Program-made: the position numbers and the translations under genes
Source: Chrysomallon squamiferum
Taxonomy: Eukaryota; Animalia; Mollusca
Reading direction: 5' to 3'
DNA: 64,000 bases
NCBI GenBank assembly: GCA_012295275.1
Contig: CM022672.1
Location: 1,922,001 to 1,986,000, forward strand
In this document: positions 26,891-39,473 of the stretch, piece by piece
How positions within the stretch are numbered: position 1 is the first letter of the stretch
Layout of the letters: each line of letters opens with the position of its first letter
Notes under the pieces: generated by a model
The model's input: only the letters and a program-made list of their open reading frames with translations
What the model was told of the DNA's origin: nothing
Databases searched by the model: none

Positions 26891-28696
26891 GTGACAAGAG
26901 ATGTATGACATATTGAATGTGACAAGATATGTGTGACATACTGAATGTGACAAGAGATGTATGACATACTGAATGTGACAAGAGATGTATGATGTACTGA
27001 ATGTGACAAGAGATGTATGACATATTGAATGTGACAAAGAGATGTATGACATACTGAATGTGACAAGAGATTATGACATACTGAATGTGACAACAGATGA
27101 ATGACATATTGAATGTGACAAGAGATGTATGACATACTGAATGTGACAAGAGATGAATGACATACTGAATGTGACAAGAGATGTAAGACATATTGAATGT
27201 GACAAGAGATGTATGACATATTGAATGTGACAAGAGATGTATGACATATTGAATGTGACAAGAGATGTATGACATACTGAATGTGACAAAAGATGTATGA
27301 CATACTGAATGTGAAAAGAGATGTATGACATATTGAATGTGACAAGAGATGTATGACATATTGAATGTGACAAGAGATGTATGACATACTGAATGTGACA
27401 AAAGATGTATGACATACTGAATGTGAAAAGAGATGTATGACATATTGAATGTGAAAAGAGATGTATGACATACTGAATGTGACAAGAGATGTATGACATA
27501 TTGAATGTAAAAAGAGATGTATGACATATTGAATGTGACAAAAGATGTATGACATACTGAATGTGAAAAGAGATGTATGACATACTGAATGTGAAAAGAG
27601 ATGTATGACATATTGAATGTGACAACAGATGTATGACATACTGAATGTGAAAAGAGAAGTATGACATACTGAATGTGACAACAGATGTATAACATACTGA
27701 ATGTGAAAAGAGAAGTATGACATACTGAATGTGACAAGAGATGTATGACATACTGAATGTTGCAAGAAATGTATGACATACTGAATGTGAAAAGAGATGT
27801 ATCACATACTGAATGTGACAAGAAATGTATGACATACTGAATGTGAAAAGAGATGTATCACATATTGAATGTGACAAGAAATGTATGACATACTGAATGT
27901 TGCAAGAAATGTATGACATACTGAATGTGAAAAGAGATGTATCACATACTGAATGTGAAAAGAGATGTATCACATATTGAATGTGACAAGAAATGTATGA
28001 CATACTGAATGTTGCAAGAAATGTATGACATACTGAATGTGAAAAGAGATGAATGACATATTGAATGTGACAAGAGATGTATGACATACTGAATGTGACA
28101 AGAGATGAATGACATACTGAATGTGACAAGAGATGTAAGACATATTGAATGTGACAAGAGATGTATGACATATTGAATGTGACAAGAGATGTATGACATA
28201 TTGAATGTGACAAGAGATGTATGACATACTGAATGTGACAAAAGATGTATGACATACTGAATGTGAAAAGAGATGTATGACATATTGAATGTGACAAGAG
28301 ATGTATGACATATTGAATGTGACAAGAGATGTATGACATACTGAATGTGACAAAAGATGTATGACATACTGAATGTGAAAAGAGATGTATGACATATTGA
28401 ATGTGAAAAGAGATGTATGACATACTGAATGTGACAAGAGATGTATGACATATTGAATGTAAAAAGAGATGTATGACATATTGAATGTGACAAAAGATGT
28501 ATGACATACTGAATGTGAAAAGAAATGTATGACATACTGAATGTGAAAAGAGATGTATCACATATTGAATGTGACAAGAAATGTATGACATACTGAATGT
28601 TGCAAGAAATGTATGACATACTGAATGTGAAAAGAGATATATCACATACTGAATGTGACAAGAAATGTATGACATACTGAGATATGTGACATACTG
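26891..28696. repeat. 28-bp minisatellite, about 64 copies, consensus GTGACAAGAGATGTATGACATACTGAAT
   Basis: Contiguous tandem copies without spacers. Rare variants recur 952 bp (34 units) apart. Confidence 0.95.
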
Positions 28697-29309
28697 TAAG
28701 TATAATCAAAAAGTGACCTATTGTAACTCACAAGTCATATATGACAGGTACAACTTTACAAGTAAAATGTCACACACTGCAAGTTTAAATGTCACATTGG
28801 TTTGGTTTCCATTGCTTTCAACTCCCAGTAATTTGTTTTGTGTTATGTGTTTTCTGGCACACAAACATACACTCAAAACTTAAACAATACTCATCTCCTG
28901 TACTTACATTTCACTTTGTAAAATATTTAATTCATTCCTATACACTTCTTGTTTATTTATAACACTCTTTATCTTCTGATGAACATTATTAAGAGTAGAC
29001 TTGGGAAATAATCACAACACACTCCTTGTGCTTCTGGTAATCAGAAAGAACGAAACAGGAAGAAACTAAGATATGTAAAGAAGTAAATTCTGTTTTTTTG
29101 TCTTGTAATTATGATGTTAAAAAGAAATATTTTATGTTTTCTTGTCTGAAAGCTTTCCTTAAGACATATAAGAGTAAAAGCCATGGTTTATATTTTCGCT
29201 GATGAAAGTAATTTTCTTTCATGTCACCATTAAGCTGATGTATTTCTGTGGTGAAGTGATATGAAAATAAATTCATCAAAAAGCACAGATGTTGTATTTT
29301 ACATACCAT

Positions 29310-29410
29310 ACCTAGCTATTTCTCAAGCCAGCCAATGCTCCACAACTGGAGCAACAAAGGTTCTGGTATGTACTGTCTTGTGATTAGAATGGTGCATATT
29401 AAAGATATGT
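29310..29410 (+). mobile_element. SINE family A fragment
   Basis: gctatttctcaagccagccaatgctccacaactgg...caaaggttctggtatgtactgtcttg...atggtgcatattaaagat. Confidence 0.55.
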
Positions 29411-29497
29411 AACTATAAATAATTGTTCATGAATTAATTTTCATTTTCATTATTACATAATTCATTTTTCTATGTACACATGAATGTATCCAAGACT

Positions 29498-29770
29498 GTA
29501 CAGATACACATACATACACAGATACACACACATACAGATACACACACAAACATACAGTTACACACACAAACATACACAGATACACACACAAACATGCACA
29601 GATAAACACACACACAGATACACACGCAAACATACACAGATAAAACACAAACACACAGATACACACACAAACACAGATACACACACAAACATATACAGAT
29701 ACACACACAAACATACACAGATAAAACACAGATACACACACAAACACAGATACACACACAAACATACACA
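29498..29770. repeat. Compound (CA)-rich repeat (cagatacacacacaaacata units)
   Basis: Seen directly. Confidence 0.9.
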
Positions 29771-30235
29771 GTAGTATACATGTATATATCAGTTTATACA
29801 TGTACACAATGAAATCCTTACTTATCTGCATTTAAAAACAGTATTCCATCATAACCTCATATACACAGAGCCTATTCAAAGCTATACGTATATATATGAG
29901 AATATACCAAACACAGCACCAGTTTAGAAAATATACTGACAATCATTGTAAATATATAGATACTGAATATATTTACACAATCATTTAAACAACTGCAAAG
30001 CCATTTTAAAGAAAATTTCAACACTCATTTTAATTATACAGTTATTTCTTTATGTGTTCATGAAATGTTTTGTATGTAGACAGAAACTCAACACACACAA
30101 TGGTGTCTTCCTACAGGAACAAATTATATGTATTACTGCATGCGCACACAAAAGAGATATATATCTGTAAAGTGTAGATACCTACATATCAATACATAAA
30201 TAAATAAATAAATAAATATATATATATATATATAT

Positions 30236-30390
30236 TAGTGGCTCAGTGGTATTGTCATCATAAGTTCAAATCTCATCAGCGGCACCTCTGATATTCATGA
30301 TTGGACTTTGTTGTCATGTGTCAGCACATTCACAAATATTGTCTGTGTGCAGAGTCTAATCTAATGTACATAAAAGAAAATAATATTCAC
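30236..30390 (+). mobile_element. tRNA-derived SINE, family B, copy 2
   Basis: A-box TGGCTCAGTGG and B-box GTTCAAATC, then tcatcagcggca...aatattgtctgtgtgcagagt...atgtacataa. Confidence 0.65.
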
Positions 30391-31732
30391 TGCTAATTAA
30401 ATACATACATATTTACACACATACATAGATATACACACATATACATCAACATACAAGCGTTTTCAAGAACACATTCAGTGTAAAGACACACACAAAACAT
30501 TTACCAGTTTTAACACCACTGATTACTTGAACCGACTGACAACAACTGTTAAAACATCAATGACTCTGACTCAGGACACCCATCATTAAACATTCATTTT
30601 AATTCTTTCTGCAGGATTTAATTACAATTGTTGCAATTATTCTTTTCACTCTGAGAAACCTGTACACCATGGCTGTTTTAGTCACCAGTCTTTTATTCCT
30701 TGACTTTTCTACTGTTTGTTCTTTGTTTGTTGCTTTTATTTATTCTATTTTATTAATTTTTTATTTTATAATTATTATTATTATTTTTTCAACATTCATT
30801 TATTTTTCTCTTTTTTATTAAATACTTTTACAAAGTTGGTCTTCTTTTAGATATTTCCTGTCAGTAAAATCTCAAGCACTCTTCAGTAACTGTAGGAAAT
30901 TAAAAAGAGAATAAAGAAAAACAAATGAACAAAAAAAACAAAAACATCAGGGATCAAATATGACTAATCAGGTTGCATGTGAAAGCAGATTAAAAATTAA
31001 TCGTTGATCATTAAAAATGTCTTTTGATCATGAAACTGTTGGCTGATTTTACTTGGCTTTTTCTTCTGTATGGACAGATGTATGAATGAAATTAAGTGAT
31101 GAATAATTAAAACGATGGTGCAACAAGAGACTGATTCTTTGTCTTCCACTAACCTCCATTCAGAGACAGCAGGAATTAACAGAGTCTACCTAGCTGGATG
31201 CAATCAATGTGATGATGTGAATAACAGGCAGACATACATATTTATACTGACAGATAGACAGACAGATAGATATAGATGTAGATGGATATATAAACATATA
31301 CTTACATGCTTATTTATGTACTTACATACACATATACATATTCATATACACATCATATAAATTAATATTATTATTTTGCTTAACATTTTAAGGTGACTTC
31401 CTAGGTTTTATATATATATAAATATATATATATATATTACATTCCTATGACTTGTCTAAATCAAATTTGTTGGTTACAGATCAGAGCTGTACTTGGTACC
31501 ACTGTTTTTGCATGACTGACATAGGGTAAATACCAGCAGTGATGAGAACAGCTTAAGAATATCTTGTATTAGTTTGCAAAAACCAGACCCCATGAGTCTC
31601 CATGATATAAGCAAAGATTTCTTTATTTGCATGCATGTATACATGTATGTGTTTTTATAGATAGATAGATAGATACCAGTATATACAGATAGATAAATAC
31701 ATATATACATACATACATACATATATACATAC

Positions 31733-31801
<69 letters not shown>

Positions 31802-32565
31802 CAGGAATAAAAGCATGAAAGAATCAGAAACACACACACACAAACATGTCAACACCCATTTTTATATTTAGTTTTTGTTTGCAATACATTTCTTCCCATA
31901 CTGAATAAAATATACTTTTTTTTTTTTAATTCTTTCTTTGTTTAATGTTTCTTCTGCATTTCAAACAACTGACAACACTATTAATGAGTTTGTGTGTTTC
32001 GTGGTACAGACAGTTGAGTGCAATGTGAAGGATGTAAAACCAATAAGCAGAGAGTTCTCCTGATGATAATTTGCACATCATTCTCACACATCTGCTAACT
32101 TTCTCAGTGATGTTGATGAAGTCCCTCTCTTTACCAGTTCTCATCTTCAAACTGTTTAAACATTCTTTGGCTCTGTCACTAATTTCAATGGTTCTTTTCT
32201 CTACTTGAACATAGAATTAATTTCTTGCTTGTTTTGCTGTTGTTTTTTCCTACATTGTTTTGGGGCTACGGTTTTTTTTTTGGGAGAGGGTTTTCCCTCT
32301 CTCCTTCTGCTACATTTGTATTTTTTTTTTTTTCTGGTTTTTTTCTGGAATATTTATTTTAGTTTCTTTTTTTTTTTTTTTTTTTTTTTTTTTCATTTGT
32401 AGTTTTTCTTTAAATATTAGTAAATATATATTTGTTTTAAACATTCTTCAAGACATTTTTTATTAACATCTTTTTAACTCAGTTGGTGTCCTTTTCTCTC
32501 TCTATCTCAATATACACAGACAAACACACACACATACACCACACACACACACAATCTGACTCTCA

Positions 32566-32618
<53 letters not shown>

Positions 32619-32676
32619 TCTCTATATGTAAGCATAATTTAAATAATTTACATACAGGTTTAATTAAATTACTTAC

Positions 32677-32695
32677 CTTCAGCTGAGAGATCCAT
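32677..32695 (-). CDS. Candidate alternative first coding exon (MDLSAE + 1 nt, phase 1)
   Basis: ATG GAT CTC TCA GCT GAA G|GTAAGT. Consensus donor, in-frame TAA upstream of the ATG, same phase as the other candidates. Confidence 0.45.
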
Positions 32696-33799
32696 TTCTT
32701 TATCAACAGATATCAAGTTGAGATACTTGAAAAATTATTTCCTTCTTTCTTAAATAATTAGCTATAAGGCAGATATTAACTCCTTTGTATTCCTGTGTAA
32801 CAGTGAGCAGAAATTAATTCTTGTTACAGAACAACACAGCAGTTCACACAGTCTTTTACATGAATCAATCAATTTGACATGTTATTACATCCACTGAATG
32901 TTCAAGCTTGTTTGTGCTGGTCACAAAATCCATGTATTCCAATATTGGAATTATTAACTCCTGGTATGGCTTGTGGTTTTTCGGCTAAAATCAAACTGCA
33001 GAAATATATATATATATATATATATATCCAGAATGGTTTCTGTATGTAACTAGTAATTTTTCATCAATCTTGTAAACTGTATTACATTATAATATATATT
33101 AATGTTAAAGTATACAAGTTTATATAAATGTGTATTTTACATCAAGCTTAAAGAAAGTATTCCACTGTAATATATATTGATGTGAAGAAAAAATATTTGT
33201 ATTACAGGTTCACAAACATTGTAACAGATTCTTGCCAGAAAGGATGGTATACAAGATTCACACTAGAAAGGGTGATTATAAATTCACACCAAAAAGGATT
33301 CTTATATATTCTTGTAGAAAGACTCTGGATTACATTCAGTTTCATAGATTACAATAACTTATATTTGTACATGCAGAAGAAAGATATACATGTATATATA
33401 TATAATATATCTTACAACTTTCTAGCTGGGTTTGTTTTCTATCTATGTCTGTTTGCATTGGCACAGGTACAGGTACATACACACTTGCATAAGCTGTGTT
33501 CACATTAATTCACACTTTTCTTTGAACTAACAATAATATATATATAGTATAATACACCTGTGTGTATTACTGATATGTATAGTTATATTAATCACATATG
33601 AAAAAGAAGCCTGTGTATATCACATAAATGTGCACAGATAGTATAATTCATCAGTGCTTTGTTGTGTGTAGATCCCAGTTCATTCACCAATGCATGTATC
33701 CACATTTACACTGCAATGTATCTTAATTCATTACCATCACCCAGATCATTTTAATTTCCAAGGTATTTAGGGATTTGATTATATCACAAAACAGCTGAC

Positions 33800-34240
33800 T
33801 AAAGATCAAAATTAAATATTGTTCCAATAGTTAAATTCAGTTCATAACAATAAATGTTATTAATTTCAGTTATAACAATTAAAAAAATGTTTCCAGTACA
33901 GTTGACAAAAAAGTACAAATGTTGTTCCACTAGTTAATTTCAGTTCACTGCTATATAAGTGTCATTTCACAGTTAAGTTCAGTCCATAAACAATTACAAA
34001 TCTTTTTTCAATAATTAATTTCAGTCCAGAAATATATAACTCTTGTTCCAATAATTAATTTCAGTCCAGAAATATATAACTTTTGTTCCAATAATTAATT
34101 TCAGTCCAGAAACATATAACTCTTGTTGCAATAATTAATTTCAGTCCAAAAGTATAAAAATGTTGTTCCAATAGTTAATTTCAGTCCATAAAAAGTATAT
34201 AAATGTTGTTGCAATACAGAGGAAAGTTCAGTCCTACAAC
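33800..34240. repeat. ~40-bp tandem repeat (ttgttccaataattaatttcagtccagaaatatataact)
   Basis: Near-identical copies at 34010-34190, degenerating outward. Confidence 0.85.
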
Positions 34241-34599
34241 TTATCCAAGCTCTTTCTCTTGCTGTAGACTGTTTCACAACACTCAACTGAAGCAGCACTT
34301 GTTCTTCTCCCCCACGAAAACAATGTATTTTATTTCATCTCAACAGACAAAACAGGCCACAGAAATAGCGTGGAATGCCTAAAGGTGAAAACAAATAAAA
34401 AACATGGTGTGAACACAGCACTGCTCCAAAGGACATTTTTCTTTCAGTATTTGGGCAACTGTAACAATGTGGAAACAGTCACTGCCATTTGTTTTGTCAA
34501 TGGAAGTTTAAAAAAAAAAAATGTTCTGTTTTGCATATTGGTGTAGGCAGATCACTGAATCTCCAATATCAGGATTTTAAACCATAAAAAACAAACAAA

Positions 34600-35350
34600 A
34601 AACTTGCAGTAATAATATACTGTTGTCTCTGTATGGCCTTGTAGAATATATCATACTGTCCAATCTTTTATTTCAGTAGAATATATTATTATCTTGTATC
34701 ATGTTTTATTTCAGTAGAATATATTTTATTTTACCATCTTTCTTTGAATTAGAATACACTGTATTACACCATTTTTCACTTCAGTATTATATATTGTAGA
34801 AACACATCTGTTTGGAGTAGAAAATATTGTACTGAATTCTTTCTTTGTAGTGGAATACATTGTAATTCACTCTTACTCTCTTTGCAGTAGATTATAATTA
34901 TATTCTATTCAGCTATTACTCTTTGCCACAACAGATATTGTATAAAATTTATCTCTTTCATGTAGAATATATGTGATACACTATATCTCTTTGGAGTAGA
35001 CAATACTGTACTGAATTCTTTCGTTGCAGTAGAATATACTGTGATACACTATATCTCTTTGAAGTAGAAAATATTGAACTGAATTCTTTCTTTTCAGTAC
35101 AATATACTGTAATTCACTGTCTCTCTTTAGATTTGAATATATTGTCTTGCACTATGTATCTTTGTATTAGAATATATTGTCTTGCACTATATATCCTGAA
35201 AGTAAAATATATTGTCTTGCACTATGTATCTTTGTATTAGAATATATTGTTTTCAGCTATATATCCTTAAGGTAGAATATATTATACTGAACTGCTCTTT
35301 GCAGTGCAATGGAATATACTGTATTCAGCTTTCTCTCCCTGCAGTGGAAT
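34600..35350. repeat. Degenerate ~35-bp tandem repeat (agtagaatatattgt...tctcttt)
   Basis: The tagaatatat motif recurs at regular spacing. Confidence 0.75.
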
Positions 35351-36796
35351 TATTCTTCTATCAGTGGCACATACAAGTCAAAATGGCAATTCTGTGTCAC
35401 TTTTTATTAACGAGTTTTCTTGATAAGATGTCCAGTGAGAAAATTTCAATGATCTTCTTCAGATTAACAAATAATTAAGATCTTCAACGATACACTGTTT
35501 TCTTCAGTGTACAATGTATCCTTACAAGATACCAGACCTTTATTTTCAAAAATATTTTCAGATCTTCTGCAAATTCACCAACACCTTAAGCCTCCAATGA
35601 ACCCATTGGTAAGAATATACTGTTCTGCTTGTGGTACAGCAATGATAAGTACTGGTACAAATCACCCAGTGCAGCATTAACCTTAATTCCTGGCTGAAAG
35701 CAAGTTCAGCTGTTACAAATTCTGATCAAGCAAATGATATAATATTCTCTTGATCCTTGGACACCTCTTCAAAGCCAGACTTTTCAATCTCCTCCTGACT
35801 CAAAACTTCATTTCCATTCTGCAGCATATACTGGTAAGCCATTAAATATTCAAAGATATGAGAGAAAGGCTACCTCCGTTCTTAGCCAATACGTCAATAA
35901 TGTTATTGAATCAACTTCAATATTTTCTAAACTTCGTCGTGTTATTCCTATCAAGTACAACAGAGGGCAATTTTTCTTGCTGAACAAGCAGATGTGGAAA
36001 ATGTTCACCACTGGAAAGAGTGTTTTTTTAACTTTTTTTTATTTTTATTTTTTTTCTAATATATAATGTATGGCTGCAGATATGTTCCCACTGACACCGA
36101 TATCAACAAAAACAAAGCATACAGATGCATTTCATTCAAACAGTATATATACACAAATCAATACATACTTACCTATATACAAAAATGCATATTTAAAAAC
36201 AAGGTGACAGACACCTACAGCAAATGTACAGACATGCACATAATCCGATTCTTACACAATCCATGTGACAGTTCATACATACATGTAGTTAAATACTCAT
36301 ATATACAAGTCAGCATTAAAATTCACTGATAATAACTTTTACTCTATCTTATTCTTTCACTTTCTTTTTTTGTTCTTCTTCCCATTTCTTTTTCCTCCAT
36401 TTCGTTCTGTTTTTCTCTCATGTAATTATGAGGCTCTTTCTTCCAGTTAGCAGCAAATGATTTGTCACATACAACATCCAACAGATAGGCTAAAACTTAC
36501 AATGGTTTTTCTTACACCAGTTGTGAAGCACCTCCCTGTAAAGAGAAATAGCTTGACACGTCCTCTAGCAGAAGAGATCTGACAACCCACCACACTTTGA
36601 GCACAATAATAATAAATAAATAAATAATACATAGAAACATCTACTGTAACATTATTACTATATTTACAACAGAAGCATGATATTGCTATAAAAATTATCA
36701 TTGCCTTGTTTACTGTATGTGTTAACAGATTATAAGCTGTCTTATTTCATACTAAAGTAGAAGTCAATGATGCCATTTATTATGAACCCTGGAAGA

Positions 36797-37010
36797 TAGG
36801 AAGAAACAAAGTTTTATTTAATGACGTACTCAACACATTTTTAATCTGCTGACATGAAATCATACACAATGTTAAGGACTATTCAGGATAAAGAGTTAAC
36901 AAACCTGCTACTGTTCTATGGAGGTCTATACTTTTACAATGAGTAACAAGAGTTTTTTTTATATGCACCTAGAAAACATAAACAGGATAACATAAACCAT
37001 TGATTCATTA
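36797..37010 (-). mobile_element. Decayed SINE, family A (3' part)
   Basis: gttttatttaatgacgtactcaacacatttt...gttaaggac...ttttatatgcacc...acaggata; parallels the copy at 1130-1325. Confidence 0.6.
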
Positions 37011-37494
37011 AAACAGATATGGCTGGCCATACAATAATTGCTGAGCAAGTATGAAAATTATTCTAGGTATTTTTTAAGACAACAGGAAAATAATGCTATA
37101 CGTTATTAAAATTTAAACAAAATTTTAATTCAAGTTGACAAGACAAAACAAGAGTCATAATAAATCAGTAATAAAATACTTTATAGATGATAGTAATTGT
37201 TTTTGGAAAAACGTAAAAAATACGAAATATTACTTTAACAAATACCTACTCATAATGCCGATTCAGTCACAACAAAACATCAGACATTAAATTTTTAAAA
37301 ATTGATATCAAAGATGAAAATCACAGCCCATCCCTGCCAATTATCACAGAAAGAGAATCATTATTGCATCACATAACCAAGACAGGAAATATTGCTTAAA
37401 AGGAGTGAGAAATGGAATTGAAAACCTGATCAATCCTGAAAGTGGTTACATCTCAAGTGGGTGCTCTTAACAGCCAAGCTAAATCTTCCTGAGA

Positions 37495-37740
37495 CAAATT
37501 AATGGATGAATGCTTAGAAGACTGTGGAAAGAATGTTATCTTTGCTTCAGATACATAACTCAATTGTCTTAAGGAGAATTCACATGACATGACTTGTGGA
37601 AACAGTCTGAGAAAGGAAAACAGAGCCATGCAAAATCTAAATGGATAAATGCTTAGTGAAAGATGTTATCTTTGATATGAATTATAATTTAATTACGTTA
37701 AGATGTGTTCATATCATGTGACTTCCAGAAACAGCTCACA
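37495..37740. repeat. Old tandem duplication of ~140 bp
   Basis: aatggatgaatgcttag...tgttatctttg...gaaacag occurs at ~37501 and ~37640. Confidence 0.6.
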
Positions 37741-38417
37741 TAGAAGGATACACAAAACAAAATAAAGTAAGAATCTAATGGTAGGTTTAAATACAAAAAG
37801 GATATCAATGCAAACTGCACAGTCTGATTAAGTTTTTATGCTAATTATTAGGAATCCAAATTTTTGTGTACAAAAAGATTATTAATTTAAGTAGTAAAGT
37901 ATGATTGTGCCTTATATTCAAACAATATAATTAAGAATTGTATTAAGATAAAAAGCTGACCTCTTACTGTAAGTCGCACCATATAATCAAGCCTTTAGGT
38001 AAGAAGACTAATTTTGTTCAAATCATGAAAGAAAATGTGCAAAGCTTTATGTTCCTTTATTTACAGCAGAAGATTTAACATTGATTTGTTAGGCCTCCAG
38101 TACTGTGCACATGGTTATTTACACACTTTCATTATATCTTAAAACAGCTAGAGTCCTTAATGTCCATTCATCACAGCTTTAAACAACAGACTGGACTGAT
38201 GGTTTCTGCCCGTGGGTTGAAAAACCTGATTGGTGGGCTTTTAAAAACAATTATAACTAGTTTAACAGAGGCTGTGGTTTGTACTGCCCTGACTTTAGGA
38301 ATGATGATTTTAAAATGGCACTAATAAGTAAGATTTTAGTAAAGCTTAATAAATAAATACAGTTTCAAAATAACTTTTTTCAGTTTGGGTGTTTATGTCT
38401 AACAGTATGTCTTTATG

Positions 38418-38459
<42 letters not shown>

Positions 38460-38689
38460 TATGAGAGACTCTATATATAGACAATATATGGGACCACACT
38501 GGAACAGGAGGACAAAGGCAATCACAGTCTCACAAAACCATCAGATACTGCTGACTAAATCTGAACATATGGCAGTTCAGTTCAGATACTTATTTGTCCT
38601 TTCCACATCATAAAAATGGCTCACTCTTTTTCATAATGGAGGACTGGCTGGCATTAGTTGTAAAGCTTTCCATGATTAGTCCTCTTTGA

Positions 38690-38930
38690 AACTCATTTTT
38701 GTCTATTTCCAATTCCAGCTACATCCCCACACTTGATTAATCAAAGCTTTGCTATGGGACAATGCTAATAAAAGATCCCTTGCTGCTAATTATGACTACT
38801 GGAAGCAGATGGTTTCTTCTCTCGTATCATCATTATTGATGTCTGACACCAGATATCAGTTTACATAACAGTATTGTCTAACAGTTTTTCAGAATCAGTT
38901 GGCTTCCTCTTCTCTTCCTTAATAAATAAC
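38690..38930 (+). mobile_element. Decayed SINE, family A
   Basis: ataaaagatcccttgctgctaat...ggtttcttctctc...atgtctgacacca is the reverse complement of the core at 1267 and 55375. Confidence 0.6.
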
Positions 38931-39218
38931 AGAACACTGGAAGCTCACAAAGGGCAACTGCTAGAATTATACATCAGTATTTTTGGAACCGTTTTCATCA
39001 CAGTGGGTTTGTGCCTTCAGAAATAGATCTCTTTGAAATGTTAAACATCCGAAGAATTTAGGGAAAGAATTTGTGATATTTAGGAGGATTGTTTTTAAAA
39101 AGAACAAAAAAACGAACAAACAAAACAAAACCACAAAAATAAAACCAAAAAAAAACCTGTGACATTTTTATAGTTTTTAAATTCAGGAATTGTGTGTAAT
39201 TTCACAAGCAAACATATC

Positions 39219-39230
39219 TATGTATGTATG

Positions 39231-39264
<34 letters not shown>

Positions 39265-39473
39265 TGTATGTATGTATGTATGTATGTATGTATGTATGTA
39301 TGTATGTATGTATGTGCACGTATGTATGTATGTATGTATGTATGTATGTATGTATGTATGTATGTATGTATGTACGTACGTATGTATGTATGTATGTATG
39401 TATGTATGTACGTACGTATGTATGTATGTATGTATGTATGTATGTATGTATGTATGTACGTATGTATGTATGT
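39219..39473. repeat. (TATG)n microsatellite
   Basis: Seen directly. Confidence 0.95.

Noticed and set aside
26891-28696. CRISPR-like array
   Set aside because: Units are contiguous with no unique spacers, there are no cas genes, and the context is eukaryotic.
26794-28709. Long minus-strand ORFs of up to 534 aa (SHSVCHTSLVTFSMSYISCHIQYVIHLL repeats)
   Set aside because: They arise because the 28-bp unit lacks stops on that strand. All three frames give the same cyclic peptide, and there are no splice signals or unique domains.
30236-30290. tRNA gene
   Set aside because: A and B boxes are present but I see no cloverleaf, and the body is shared with another dispersed copy, so it is a SINE head.
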